64,000 nucleotides of DNA from contig NMRA01000034.1 in the NCBI GenBank assembly GCA_002633005.1, forward strand, positions 829,766 to 893,765, written 5' to 3'. Below, one piece after another: positions 24,001 to 34,178 of the stretch. Source of the DNA: Phoronis australis. Taxonomy: Eukaryota; Animalia; Phoronida. Every line of letters starts with the position of its first letter. The first letter of the stretch is position 1. The notes beneath the pieces were generated by a model, which worked only from the letters and a program-made list of their open reading frames with translations, searched no databases and was not told the DNA's origin. A program made the position numbers and the translations under genes.

Positions 24001-25978
24001 GAGTGGAAATCAAGTCTCATGCTCGTATTATACTGGATCCTTCATTGAGTATTGAACAGACATCTACCAGTAATGACGATGCTTCGGTAAGTCACATGTT
24101 AACTAATTCAACCAATCAGCAGCTGCTGCTGTTGTACAAATGTAAGTGTGTTGCAATATCTTCTTAAACAAGACAAGAGTGGGCATTCTAATAGAATAAA
24201 TTCACCCCTTGGATAGCGTATGTCCTTACTATTCGGTAAAAATTCTCAAGTTGAGAAAAGGTAACATTGTTTTGTTCTAGGTTGGAGCTTGTACCAAATT
24301 TTAGAAATAGACAATACTGGTTATATTAAATTCAAGAATTAAGATCACTAAAAAAGAATAATTCATACAATGTTAAAAATTTTGGGGGCGCCTGAAAATG
24401 GCTATGAAAATGGCTATGTTCAATGAATTTAAGAACTGTAAGACTATTGTCAGAGATTGTCGATAGAAAACCCAGTGTCCTATATTTAAGACATATGATG
24501 AGCGCTGAAATTGCTTGTGTTCCAATCTTATTTTCAGAATGAAGGAACTTCCATTTTGGATTTAATTTTGCTGTCCCAAATGTTAGACAGTGTTTCTAAC
24601 TGGAGAATGTTCACCATACTGTTGTGGTTCAGTAGACCACCTTTAGTTTTCTTAACTTAAGCTATTAAGTTGGGACAAAACCTCTATCTTGTTACATAAC
24701 CTGACTGAGGGTCTATAGTACTGCACATGGAAAACCAGCATGAGGTTGTACAAACCTCAGATGAAGTCTAAGTCCGCTGTGCAGTGTTAGCATCATGGTG
24801 CCATGGAAAGGGGGACAAAAATACTTGCTTCTTATCTGGCAGGGTGGCAGTGGCAGATCTGTTTTCAGTTAGGGGAGATTTAGGATTCGCGCGAATCTGA
24901 GGCATGTAGCGCCGAGCGGGGGAGGTCTGGAGGGGGGGTTTTATAACTGATTTTGTTTTCCTTGCGACGTTTCTTTTTTAATTTGTATGCTTGATTCTGT
25001 CCCAGGGGAGGGGGTTTAAACCCTCTGAACCCCCCATAGATCCGCCTCTGGTGGAATAAAGGGGTTTGGTATTTCAGTTGAATAACAAGCTTCGTTGGCA
25101 AAGTGTGCATTGTGGGCTCAACCGTGAGATTTTTCAAGACATTTAGTCATGACACTGTACACTGAGTATATTGCCTGTATTTAAGACAAGTATATAACAT
25201 GACGACTGGGCTCACATTGTTTAGTCCTTAGTGATTCTGGGACACAATTGAAACTTCGTGCTGGTGCTTGTTATTAATTTAACATTGTGACCACAGTGAT
25301 AAAAGTGTATGCCAGGAGACTTAAAAATTGAAATTAGGGATCATTGGAAATCCGTTCTTTAAAGACATCAGGATATGCTTGTAGTTTCATTTGAAATTGT
25401 CAAAATTACGAATAACTGATGATGAATAGAATGTGACTAGCTTTAACTGCTTTCTCATAGGCCAAAACAGATGCTCAGCCAGACGTAAGTCTACGGCCGC
25501 CACCAGAGGGCATTGCCATTTGGATCATCATTGTTTCAGTCTGTGCTGGTGTTCTCTTACTGGTTATCCTCATTGTAGTATTATGGAAGGTAAGAGACGT
25601 CTACAGTAAGAGTCATGTAAAAATAAATACAGTACAAGACAAAAATATAATCGGACAAAAGTCCATTCCCGGCATTTTCCTGTCATAACAGCTAATCTAT
25701 TAACAGCAAAAATGACATAAGATTTTACTGTACATTCCTCAACGTCATGGCCGTACTGCACGAGAGGAGATTTTTTTGAACGACTCTTATATGCCTGCAT
25801 ATATAAGTATTGCACTCACAAGTAGTGTGTTTAAAGCAGGAAAATGTAACCTTGAAACTTTACTTTCCAGCTCGGTTTCTTCCGTCGACGACGGCTAGAA
25901 GATGAAATGCAAAAACACGAAGTTAAAGTGGTCAAGGACAAGTATAAGTATGAGGAGGTCTCAGCATCTGAATGCTAA
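1..25978 (+). CDS. mew: Integrin alpha subunit, alphaPS1/mew (vertebrate alpha3/6/7) clade; partial gene span, 5' exons upstream of the window
   Basis: 17 full exons plus a 5-nt exon end join in one open frame with GT-AG sites. Contains FG-GAP/Ca loops (DINRDGYPD, DLDDNGYTD), genu CGSDKVC, PS1-type motifs GEVRGESS..EDEIG..V.H.Y and WPYQVEN..QGKHLLY, furin site RRRKR, a TM helix and KLGFFRR. Confidence 0.93.
1208..1292 (+). CDS. mew: Integrin alpha exon, FG-GAP 5 (KDDLVVGAPFFYEKNVGGAIFIFINGPD)
   Basis: ttacag| ... GAT|gtaagt; 85 nt, phase 2 to 0. Confidence 0.93.
1350..1760. repeat. Minisatellite, about 52-bp unit, about 8 degenerate copies
   Basis: Recurrent TTGTATAGTTGGTTACAGATGGTTACTAAAACAAGCTTGCAAATC. 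Confidence 0.9.
1985..2126 (+). CDS. mew: Integrin alpha exon (GITTATKP...RFGFSLANIGDINRDGYP)
   Basis: ttttcag| ... G|gtaggt; 142 nt; FG motif and Ca-binding loop. Confidence 0.93.
3040..3470. mobile_element. MITE-like element with inverted ends
   Basis: TTACACGAGATACAGCTGACAC at the left end versus GTGACAACTGTCTCTTGTGTTAA at the right. Confidence 0.5.
3671..3759 (+). CDS. mew: Integrin alpha exon (DLAVGAPYEENGVVYIFHGSKDGINPKFSQ)
   Basis: tgtttcag| ... CAG|gtatga; 89 nt; GAP motif. Confidence 0.95.
4200..5488 (-). mobile_element. Degenerate Helentron/HINE-like element with internal tandem array
   Basis: Its end (revcomp AACAAGAGCAACGTGGAGTGTTGAAATTCGCCCACG) matches 42395; internal GTGGCCATTTT and CCCTCTATTGGCAA units recur. 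Confidence 0.7.
5624..5913 (+). CDS. mew: Integrin alpha exon, FG-GAP 7 and start of thigh domain
   Basis: ttccag| RIASSD...FGSSVSGNADLDDNGYTDLVVGAY...CFKFEAQPKD AA|gtgagt; 290 nt. Confidence 0.95.
6500..7395 (-). pseudogene. Decayed LINE (CR1/L2/L1-type) ORF1 plus PHD-finger remnant
   Basis: Minus-strand fragments ENENMRNK..QSRRANL and FERVHRTG...ITAKF..YK (ORF1 RRM-like), then PCSFCNKSVK...CDY..FW...C (PHD-like), with stops and frameshifts. Confidence 0.65.
7161..7298. repeat. 19-bp minisatellite (CTCAGGTATACCTCCCAAC), about 7 copies
   Basis: Read directly; mostly identical copies. Confidence 0.95.
7779..7968 (+). CDS. mew: Integrin alpha exon, thigh domain (FTGRQRVKY...CNPHTVHIS)
   Basis: atcctcag| ... 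AGT|gtaggc; 190 nt, phase 2 to 0. Confidence 0.88.
10295..10447 (+). CDS. mew: Integrin alpha exon, thigh domain (KNNKDILHPIRMKLTY...NMIDFQ)
   Basis: Long T tract then tag| ... CAG|gtaata; 153 nt; D.L.PI motif. Confidence 0.92.
10846..10982. mobile_element. Short MITE (CWGG..GTTGCATAAAAC TIR family)
   Basis: TIRs GCCCAGTTGCATAAAACT / AGTTTTATGCAACCCAGCCC; an inverted sister copy lies at 31797-31937. Confidence 0.8.
11524..11606 (+). CDS. mew: Integrin alpha exon, genu (ISFKKDCGSDKVCTADL...)
   Basis: ttggcag| ... AT|gtatgt; 83 nt; CG.D..C..DL genu signature. Confidence 0.93.
12660..12846. repeat. About 187-bp palindrome, probably derived from a Penelope-like pLTR
   Basis: AAACTAGT...ACTAGTTT arms of about 85 bp around a 16-nt loop; inner CGTTTC.AGCGATG..CTCT.TGTCAAG / CTTGACAGAGAGTGCATCGCTCGAAAC. 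Confidence 0.75.
12989..13124 (+). CDS. mew: Integrin alpha exon, calf-1 (DGNVAVLSVG...NTREKAYNA...NFRK)
   Basis: tgtttcag| ... AAG|gtcagt; 136 nt; N..E.AY motif. Confidence 0.92.
13130..13955. repeat. Low-complexity TAG/CAG microsatellite with higher-order duplications
   Basis: Runs of TAGTAG and AGCAGTAGT; duplicated blocks of about 114 bp around 13385-13625. Confidence 0.9.
14368..14534 (+). CDS. mew: Integrin alpha exon, calf-1 (GSHSEG...LVCDMGNPF...MYAH)
   Basis: acttcag| ... AC|gtaagt; 167 nt; C.(L/M)GNP motif. Confidence 0.92.
14610..15621 (-). mobile_element. Helentron/HINE-like element with tandem array
   Basis: Terminal hairpin CCACATGTATATGTGG, repeated CCTCCTAGTGGCCATTTTG units, and a TCTTGTT end. 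Confidence 0.75.
16395..16478 (+). CDS. mew: Integrin alpha exon (TSEEPNMDNNNATVKMRVIVRADMLIS)
   Basis: tctacag| ... GG|gtatgt; 84 nt, phase 2 to 2. Confidence 0.9.
16989..17091 (+). CDS. mew: Integrin alpha exon, calf-2 (ASEPEQVIYKGEVRGESSIQFEDEIGDAVMHTYV)
   Basis: cttgcag| ... GTG|gtacgt; 103 nt; PS1/alpha6-type motif. Confidence 0.93.
17841..18020 (+). CDS. mew: Integrin alpha exon, calf-2 (ITNGGPGTV...WPYQVENKRDQGKHLLY...VNPLDIE)
   Basis: ttgttatag| ... GAG|gtaggt; 180 nt. Confidence 0.95.
19119..19157 (+). CDS. mew: Candidate alternative cassette exon of the integrin (VARVPDRLEVSPN)
   Basis: CTAAC-type branch sites upstream, caacag| 39 nt |gtaagt; phase 0/0, open frame. Confidence 0.6.
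19750..20074. mobile_element. Fold-back MITE
   Basis: CAGGGTGTTCC / GGAACAGGCTG ends; inner inverted AAAACAGACTCCC / GGGAGTCTGTTTT. Confidence 0.65.
22250..22291. repeat. (ATACA)n microsatellite, possibly a LINE 3' tail
   Basis: aatataatacaatacaatacaatataatacaatacaa. Confidence 0.8.
22873..23001 (+). CDS. mew: Integrin alpha exon with heavy/light-chain furin site (...TPTRRRKREVVV...)
   Basis: ttgttttag| ... ATG|gtgggt; 129 nt. Confidence 0.92.
23265..23384 (+). CDS. mew: Integrin alpha exon (DCLRGTAKCFTFHC...RSRLWKHTFVE)
   Basis: tttgcag| ... GAG|gtatag; 120 nt. Confidence 0.94.
23982..24086 (+). CDS. mew: Integrin alpha exon (DYKNVDRVEIKSHA...NDDAS)
   Basis: ttgttttag| ... TCG|gtaagt; 105 nt. 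Confidence 0.92.
24848..25050. mobile_element. Small TIR element (CAGTGGC(A/G)GATCT ... AGATCCGCCTCTG)
   Basis: Inverted termini; the same left end, CAGTGGCGGATCTAGG, occurs at 59431. Confidence 0.6.
25461..25589 (+). CDS. mew: Integrin alpha transmembrane exon (...IAIWIIIVSVCAGVLLLVILIVVLWK)
   Basis: ttctcatag| ... AAG|gtaaga; 129 nt; hydrophobic helix. Confidence 0.95.
25871..25978 (+). CDS. mew: Integrin alpha last coding exon, cytoplasmic tail (LGFFRRRRLEDEMQKHEVKVVKDKYKYEEVSASEC*)
   Basis: ctttccag|; GFF(K/R)R motif; TAA at 25976-25978. Confidence 0.95.
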   Translation, partial: LGFFRRRRLEDEMQKHEVKVVKDKYKYEEVSASEC

Positions 25979-28900
25979 CATCTGGCAGACTTATATGTGA
26001 CTGTATGATCTCTACTGAAGGAGAAGGGTCCACCCACAACTCACCAACTATTTGATGCCATACACTAGTGCTGAATGTGACAGCGTTTTAGGGTGTTGTC
26101 GTCATCGTTGTTGTTGTTGAGAAACTTAAAAAGTTTCATTTTTATCAAGTTTTTTAACATTCAAGTCTAGTTCCTTTAGTGGAGCGCCATCTGTGGCTGT
26201 CGGTCACTGAGCACACAGTCTGTTTGAATGTGTAATGATTGCTATTGAGGCTACATTTTTTGCAGTAGTGGGTTAGCTTTACTAAATAACAATTAGTTAT
26301 CTATAATTAAGGCACTTGAATGTATTAAAACTTGATATTAAAGTAAATGTTAACGTTTTAATCCAAACCAATTAGCATAGTTGGCTCTGTTCAGCATTTG
26401 ACGTTTTTTGTTACCTGTTCATCTAGTTGGCGCCAGGTAAGAAAGAGCATTTCAGCTGGTACATTCTTTTTGAAAATATGGACCACCATGTTATAGTATC
26501 AAAAATCATGAACAGAACCAATGATGTCATTTTTTGGTCTTATGTTGCTGCATTTTGTCATGTCACACGACATATTTACAATTAGAACCACAGTTGTTGG
26601 AGTGATTGGTGGGAATTGGCTGCTCAATTTTTTGTTCAGTATATTTTTTGTCGTTTGCCCTGTCTAACTTGATGGCCTCAAACTCATTTGCAGAGGCCTC
26701 ACCAGGTGGTGCTGTGTTCTTAAGCATTGTTGTTGAGTATTGTCTTGCATTTTTACTATCATGAGTGCATCCGATTCTAACTTGATCAGTCTCCCTACAT
26801 CGGCAGGTGATTGAGATGCACTCCTGCCCTCAGGCTCTTGGTGCCTCACTTTTGGGGACGCATTCGCCTCTGGAAGATGTTTGAAAATCATGCAAAATTC
26901 CCCTCATGAGGCCCGAAATTCCCCTCTTATGTTTAAAATAGTCTTCCCAGGGTTAGAATCACTTTTTACTCACACACATTTTCAGCTTCAGGAGGTTATG
27001 TTACTGCCATAATCTTAACTTCATAAGCATGCCTTTCCAGTGTTCAATACTGCTTGATGTTGGAGAACAGAATCTGGATTAGTTTGTATTAAGTACAGGG
27101 GTGACTAGATGGCATTGAGCTTGGAGTCATTTGTGATGGTCCCAAATTCACAACCTGACTCCCCTACTATTTGGGCTAGTCCAAACCTGATGGGTTGTCT
27201 GCTCTAAACAATGTGTAAGGTTGTTTTGTTGCTTTGATATGTTTTTCTTCAGGCTCCATTGTCTTACGACATTCAACATTCACAAACACGCCCGACAGCT
27301 GTGCTTTGTGAAAGTGCAGTGCCATTTTGTGGTGCTTGAAATTTTAGAAGTTAACACTTTCATGCAGAGTGAAAGGCAAAATTAATAGAAAATGTTTTTG
27401 CCTCAATAAACTTCGGCCTTAATTGGTCGAAGAAAAAATGCAGCCCTCTAATAGTTGTTTAGATTAATGAATTTCTTATCTTGTTTATTTCATTCATGTT
27501 GCTACATAGTTGTAGTTCCCAATGTATTTGCAAGGATGGTGATCTAAAAACTGAGTGTTCATCAGGACTTTCAGATATTTTAAGAAGCTCAAGTTTTAGC
27601 ACTGCTCCCCAGTATGTTTTAGGTACAAATCTTGTGATTTTTGTTACTATTAATTCTAATTTACAGTAAAAAAAACACCATTTCGTTCTAGTTTAGTGTT
27701 CACGGGATGTATATTTCAGTAAATGCTAGGTGTTTTGTTGTATATTATTTGGGCATTGTCGAATCTGCTGTGAATTTTGTTTGATGTTGTGGCGTCTTGT
27801 GGGTTTGTTGAGTCACTTCATTGTACTTGATAGACTTTGTTTGTATAAATCATGGACAAAGTGAGATTTATGACCAAGATGCATTTTGAAAACTATATCG
27901 TTATTTACAAACTTCTCAATGTGGAAATGTATTGGCGTATTAGTGTTTTGTATCTGTTTGCTTTTACATAACAAACATTCTCACAGTTTTTCATCTAGTA
28001 ATTCTAAATGTGATTAGATGGTGTAGATATGAAAAATTGCTGCTAGCTGGTGGTCATTGTAGTGTGTAGCGCTGTTAGTATTAACCGTTCAGAGTTTTGT
28101 CAGTTTTGAAGGACATGAGATGAGGCTACAAAAGATTTGATCTTCACTAGGTGGCACTGCTGTGAGGGTCCACACCAAACTAGATCTCGCAACATCCCAG
28201 CCATTCTTGACAACACAATGAAATGTGTAGTGACCAGGTGGAAACCAAGAGCTTTGACCAGAAATATACCTTGAATGCGATACCATCTCCATATTAGTTA
28301 CTAGGCTGACTGACTTAGCTGGTTATCTTTGATTCAAGTTTTTCTGCTTTGGTTTGGGCGCTAAAGAAAAAATTGGTTCTCTTTATATTCTGAATGAGCT
28401 TCCGTGGTGTAGTGCTTGAGATATATGCCTGTCACTCTGGTAATGCAAGTTTGATTCTTGGGTTTTGAAGACATACATTCTGGCTTAAGTTACATTAGGA
28501 TTGTACATTCCCATTTCTCATGCCTCAGATATGAGTGCCCTGTCCCTACTTGAGGAAGCCTTCAGCCTGTTGAAGAGTGTAAACTCAAAGACAACATAGC
28601 TAGCAATACCTAAGAATACAAGAAGTCCATGCAAGTAACTACGAACCTGAATTGCAATTCAAGCATTGAAATGAGCTGGACTGTCGTTTGAGTGGTGCCA
28701 TCTAGTGAACGTAATCTGCTTCTTGTTATGTAAATGAAACTTGTTTGAAGTTGCTCTGTGAAATGCAGTTATAGTTATAGAATATCAGTTGTGCATTAAA
28801 ATTTGTAATTGTCATTCAATTACGGCCACAGAGTTATGTAATTTTACTTAATTTTGTTAATTCATTGTTTAGTTCATGTATATAATGAAGCACTTCGTGA

Positions 28901-30820
28901 GTGGTTAAATTATTTACGACCGTGTTTTTGTGCTGTATAGATATTTGTAAGTTGTACGCTTTCACTGGCAAGTGGCTGTGCTAGCAAAGGACAGGAATTT
29001 TAAGTTGTTGGTTTCACAGTGAAGATCAAAACTCATATGGGTACACCACTGACTTGTCTCATTGATATGATGAACCGCATGCATACGTCATTTATTGGTT
29101 AAATTCACAAAGCCTTAACTGAAGTGGTCCAGGTTGACTTTCGAGTTGATTGAGTGTTTGGATGTGGTGGTGTTTTTGTGTAACTCACTGTTCTATTTGT
29201 CGCATTAAACATTGACATGGCATGTTCTGAAGAAATGTAACTTCAGAGATATGTCAGTGTTTTGATTACTTCTGGTTATTGGTTATATTTGATATTTAAA
29301 CTGAATCACCCCACATTTTTTTTTTATGGAGATGGGCATGTGACATCATCCTATGCCTTACTTTTGATTAGCTGTGGTTGACCTCTGGAGGTCAAGTTTG
29401 ATACAAAGTGAATATACTAAACAAACTGGAGAAGCTCTGCATGGTTATATCATGTGGTGCACTCACAACATGGTGCACAGTCCTATAATACGACGAATCT
29501 GTATTTAGCAGCTGTATTTCTTCTTAGTCAATTCTTATAACTTAATTGCTTTTCCGTTTTTCAAGTACTGCTGTTCCACAAAACGAAGTTGTGTTCATTT
29601 CTAGAAACTTGCTGTTTGGATTTTGATGTGCTGGTATGTCTTCAAAGTTCAGTGTTATGTTATGTGCTACCACCGGTGTTCAGCGTCTGCACAGGAAGTA
29701 GTGTCTGTTCAAGAAATCTCAGATTGATGTAGCATGTTCTACGTGCTACTGGTCACACTTATGACGGCATCATTGGAAATCTGGAGAAGGATAGATTAGT
29801 GTTGAAATGTTCCCCTTTTCAGTGATGAGGGATTTTGCACTTTTTTGAAATTATTTGTATGAATGGAGCATTTTCTTCTTCCAAGACTGTTTGTAATGTA
29901 GACTGAGATTACATTCATCAATTACAGCTTCTATGATTTAATGTTGCGTGATCAGTCCAATTTGTCTCATTTTAAGTATGTATAAAGGTGATAGCATTTT
30001 CTTGATCAAATCAAACAACAGAACAGGTATTTCTGTATATTTTCAGTCCAAGAGTTTTCGTTAATAAGCAAGTGTTCTCCACAAACTCCAGAGACATAAA
30101 AATGCCATTTTATTTATGGTCGTTTTTGCGTTGTTTTCCTAAAATCTTCTAAATGAGAAGCCTGTGTTTTGATGTCATTTTTGGTAGCATTATTTGCCTG
30201 TCATAGTTAACTGCTTTTAAACTCAGTTCATTTTATTATTAGTATACCCTACTCTGATTGGCTGGATATCCCTTGCATAGTGCAAATTGTGACCCGAGTG
30301 GTATTCGTTTTTTGGCCATTCTGAATACTATGTATTCAATACTAAGGTGTTAAATTGAATACATGTCAATGTCTGCCATATTGTTAAGGATCAGTCAAGT
30401 TTCACTTCCATAACATTTTAGAAATTGGCCGTCTGCTTTACACAAATTTTTAACGGACAAATGAATGCACCCAGTCTAAATATAGACTAGAGAGCTTCTC
30501 ATGAAGGGGCGCATACCTATCAGGGCTTGGGAAGACAGCAACTGCATAACAATAAAATACATGATCTTAAATTAGTGGCAATTCAGTAAATCCAGATACA
30601 TTGATCACTTTTTCCTTTTAGTAAATGTTCGACACAGCGATAAGTGGTAGGAGATGAGTCTTAACAGTAGAATTCAGTATTTTCTCACCACCTAGTATGT
30701 GAATGTAATTTTTGTAATTATTCCCAGTCATGTTTGCTTTCACTTGCTGCCTTTGATTAAAAATGATGCTTGTGTTGTTTTTGCACAGTCAAATTAATAA
30801 AATATTATTTGTTACAGTTT
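25979..30820 (+). other. Probable long integrin 3'UTR with several poly(A) signals
   Basis: T/G-rich and apparently repeat-poor. AATAAA at 27405, 30551 and 30796; the last is followed by a GT-rich stretch. Confidence 0.5.
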
Positions 30821-31796
30821 AGTCTTGTGGTGATACCTCCACTTGGTACGAATGGGTACTGGGCTTATCTGCAACGATGTCCAAAAAATCCTCTATTACA
30901 AACAGGAGTTGGATTACGATTACAGGGCCGTACCTCCCAATTCTAGAAATAATCCCTAACTCCAGTCCCAGACCACCAAACAGGGTTCACACACAGACTG
31001 AAATGCCCAAACTCATCTTAGACAAGGAATCTGGTCCCCAGCCCTGGAGTTGGGTCACTGGGCACATGTAGTCTTTGGGTGCATGTGTAGACTTTAGGGG
31101 CATACAAATCTTAAAATTTGTACAGTGGATTTGTTGCCAGTTGGTTTGGGATCGTAGCAGGGATTTCGAGGTATGGCCATGGAGTTGTTTCTATTCCTTG
31201 AGAAAGCACCATGAGAGGAGCTTGTGCGATACCATCAATTCGTAAAGATGGCTTTGATGAGCACGGAACACAGGACAATTCATGTAGTTATTGCACAACT
31301 TCATATTAACTTGGAGGGGAATCCAACAAAAAGCTTTAGAACTGGCGCAAGTCTCAATTGTTATGGACATGGATATAAGAATAATAATTATTGCATTTTC
31401 TTGGAAACACCTGCATTTAAACTTGGTTGTTATTGTGTATGGGTGATAGACGGCCAATTACAAGGAGACATTCAAAACTGAAATATTGTGTATATTTACA
31501 GTTACAGACAAGCTATACTGTGATTGGTCACATCAACAATTATATATTCTTAAAAAACATTTTACACATCTTGTAAACATAGCACATCGAAATCGTCATT
31601 TTTCTGTTTTTCAAATTCTGATTACCAACCTGCAAATAACGGAAATGTCAAATGTTGGTTAATGGCATCTACAGAGAACAAACCAAGCTGAAACTAAGGA
31701 ATTGAATTTTTTCATAATTTCGATTTTTGTTGAGCAATTTGACAAAATAGAATTTCACTGGTCAGCCACATTACCTGAAAAATAGGAGAAGGATTT

Positions 31797-31937
31797 CTGG
31801 GCTGGGTTGCATAAAACTTCAAAATTATCCACTGGATAAGTTAGCTTGTTGCGTGACGTCAGGTGCATTGTTCAACAATAACGTGGAGCATGATTTAGTT
31901 GGTATGCAGCGTATAACTTTTATGCAACTCAACCCTG
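31797..31937. mobile_element. Short MITE, same family as 10846-10982
   Basis: Reverse complement of the 10.9-kb copy over its whole length. Confidence 0.8.
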
Positions 31938-32790
31938 AATTACATGGCGCAAATAGCACACAACAGAGATCACTGGTTCAAAACCAAACCGTAATTCTAA
32001 CAACAAGGGCACATTCTATAGATTGACTCACAAGACTAGGCATAAAATCATGCCTCGTGGAATGGAAACTAGGGAGTTTCTTCGGAAAATTCAAAACCCA
32101 TCCTCATAGCCCAATTGTTTCAATGGCAGCCATTTTGCGCTAAACAATGTCTCAAACTTACTCACACAAGACTCGCCTTTCACTCTTGTGATCTGTGTGG
32201 TCTTGCAAGATTTCACCTAACTCTCAAGAAACGCACTCTATGGAGTGTACCCCAGATCAAATTGTTAACGAATAAGAACCAATGATGCCATAATTATACA
32301 GGAGACATGAATTCAAAACAAAAAACAACTTGACTAGCGGTATTCACAGCCAGTACCCTGGAATATGTATGTGGAGAAGTTAGCATTGATTATTGGCCGA
32401 TTATGGCATTGGAAGTCCTCTGTCATAAAACGTGGGACTATTGTCTCGATGGTGTGGATTTAGGATTTTGAATGAAGATTCGCAGGCACTGGATATTATA
32501 CTGAGACAAAAAAAAGAAAAAATGGTCCAGGGTGAGGTAAATAAGTGTCTTGCAAGCTTGGCAAGATAGCACAACTCTTCATGAACTATCCCCCAGCACA
32601 AGCAAAGCATGTGACCATGCTAGCTTTCGATTCACTGAGGAGTGTGCCCCAAAAACAAGGTAAAAATGTCTAAACTTCTTCATGATTCTTTTACAGCAAA
32701 CACGTTACAAGAAATTTCTGGTAAAATTAAACCTCGTAGACAAAGAACAGCAAAAACAGCAAATCTTGTGCAATTTCGATATAATGTTTA

Positions 32791-33581
32791 GGGCTGTTCC
32801 AGCAAAATCTGTATGGGAGGGGGGGGAAGGCACTTTTATTTTGTACCCACCGCCCATATTTTTGATTTATTTCTCCAACCCATGACCCATAATTTTTTAA
32901 TTATTTTTAATAGGTTAAAATATAAAATCCAACACTTGCAAACAAACTGCCTCCAGGAGGACCTGTTAAGAACTTAGATGATTGACAGACAAGAACTAGT
33001 TGTCTTGTCCAATATTGTCAAAAACTAAAGTAGCCTGTGAGCAATACTTTTGGCAGCCACCAGGTGTCTCTGTTCACCATGTGTCTATAATTTCAATGAA
33101 CATTTTTTCAATTATAAGGATCTATGAATCTCAAACTGTCTCCACGAACTCTTTTATACTTCTATGTCAAGTGAATATTGGAACTTGTTTATCTTACTCC
33201 TCATACTTTTTATGTAAAAATCATCAATTTTCTTATATGTGTTAACACCAGTTTAGTGTTGCATAACTTTTCAATTCAATAGGACTGCAGACAAACAGTT
33301 GGCTCAAATCAAGTTGCCCTTGACTTGATTAATGGCTTAGTGAACATATTGCACTCTGTTCACTGGCAATATGGGCTGTTTTGTATTTGTTTGAGTTTTG
33401 AGGGCTGAAGTAACCAACCTGTCAACATTAACAGGTCAAAAAATACCACCCATTTTTAATGCATCACTTCTTGCATGAACAACCACCCATAATTAGAGCT
33501 TTTTTCTGAAGACCACCACCCATGAATTTTTATTTCTACTGCCGTCCCCCCCCTCCCACACGGATTTTACTGGAACAGCCC
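32791..33581. mobile_element. Non-autonomous PIF/Harbinger element
   Basis: About 40-bp TIRs GGGCTGTTCCAGCAAAATC..TGGGAGGGGGGG; TTA target duplication at 32788-32790 and 33582-33584. Confidence 0.88.
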
Positions 33582-34152
33582 TTAGAAAAGATGTGGACAT
33601 TCACAATATGAGAAGCCCTTGAATAATGAGAAGTTGTACCAGGTATACATCAGACATAGTCTTTTTTGAATAAAACTGCAACCTAACACTACACACTTAT
33701 CATATTTAAGCGCTAATAAACCCGCTTTAAAACATGTTTTCACTCCCTACCCTAATCCCTGACATGGGGGAAGGGCAAAGGATTTCTTCATATTCCACCA
33801 TCTGGCCCATTCATTTTGTTGCATAAACATAAATGTGCATTCCTTCCAAGAACAAAACTTTTGACTTGTACCGTTACAAAGTTGGGCTCAAATGTTTCCT
33901 TACTCAAATGAGAAATGATTTCTGTGTTTGCAAACAACTGACAGTTCGTTACAAGTTGAGAACATGATGGGTGCATAAAATGACAAGACATCTTGTAGAC
34001 CCAGATCTCAAGCAATAATGAAAAGTCGCAACTGTCTATGGCCTGAAATCAACACAAGGAGCAAATTGAGAAAAGTTTCATAATGGCAAGAAATTTTCCT
34101 CACAAAATTAACTTAACATGATTTTTTGTGAGGAAGGCGATTTCAAGGATAC

Positions 34153-34178
34153 TTTAATTTAATTTTCAAATTTTTATT
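34153..34178 (-). terminator. Candidate poly(A) signals of the kinase gene
   Basis: AATAAA (34178-34173) and ATTAAA (34158-34153) on the minus strand, about 1.5 kb past the stop codon. Confidence 0.4.

Noticed and set aside
25976-25984. Stop-codon readthrough of the integrin or kinase
   Set aside because: The contexts TAA-CAT and TGA-GTT do not match the leaky UGA-CUAG context, and I saw no evidence of a conserved extension.
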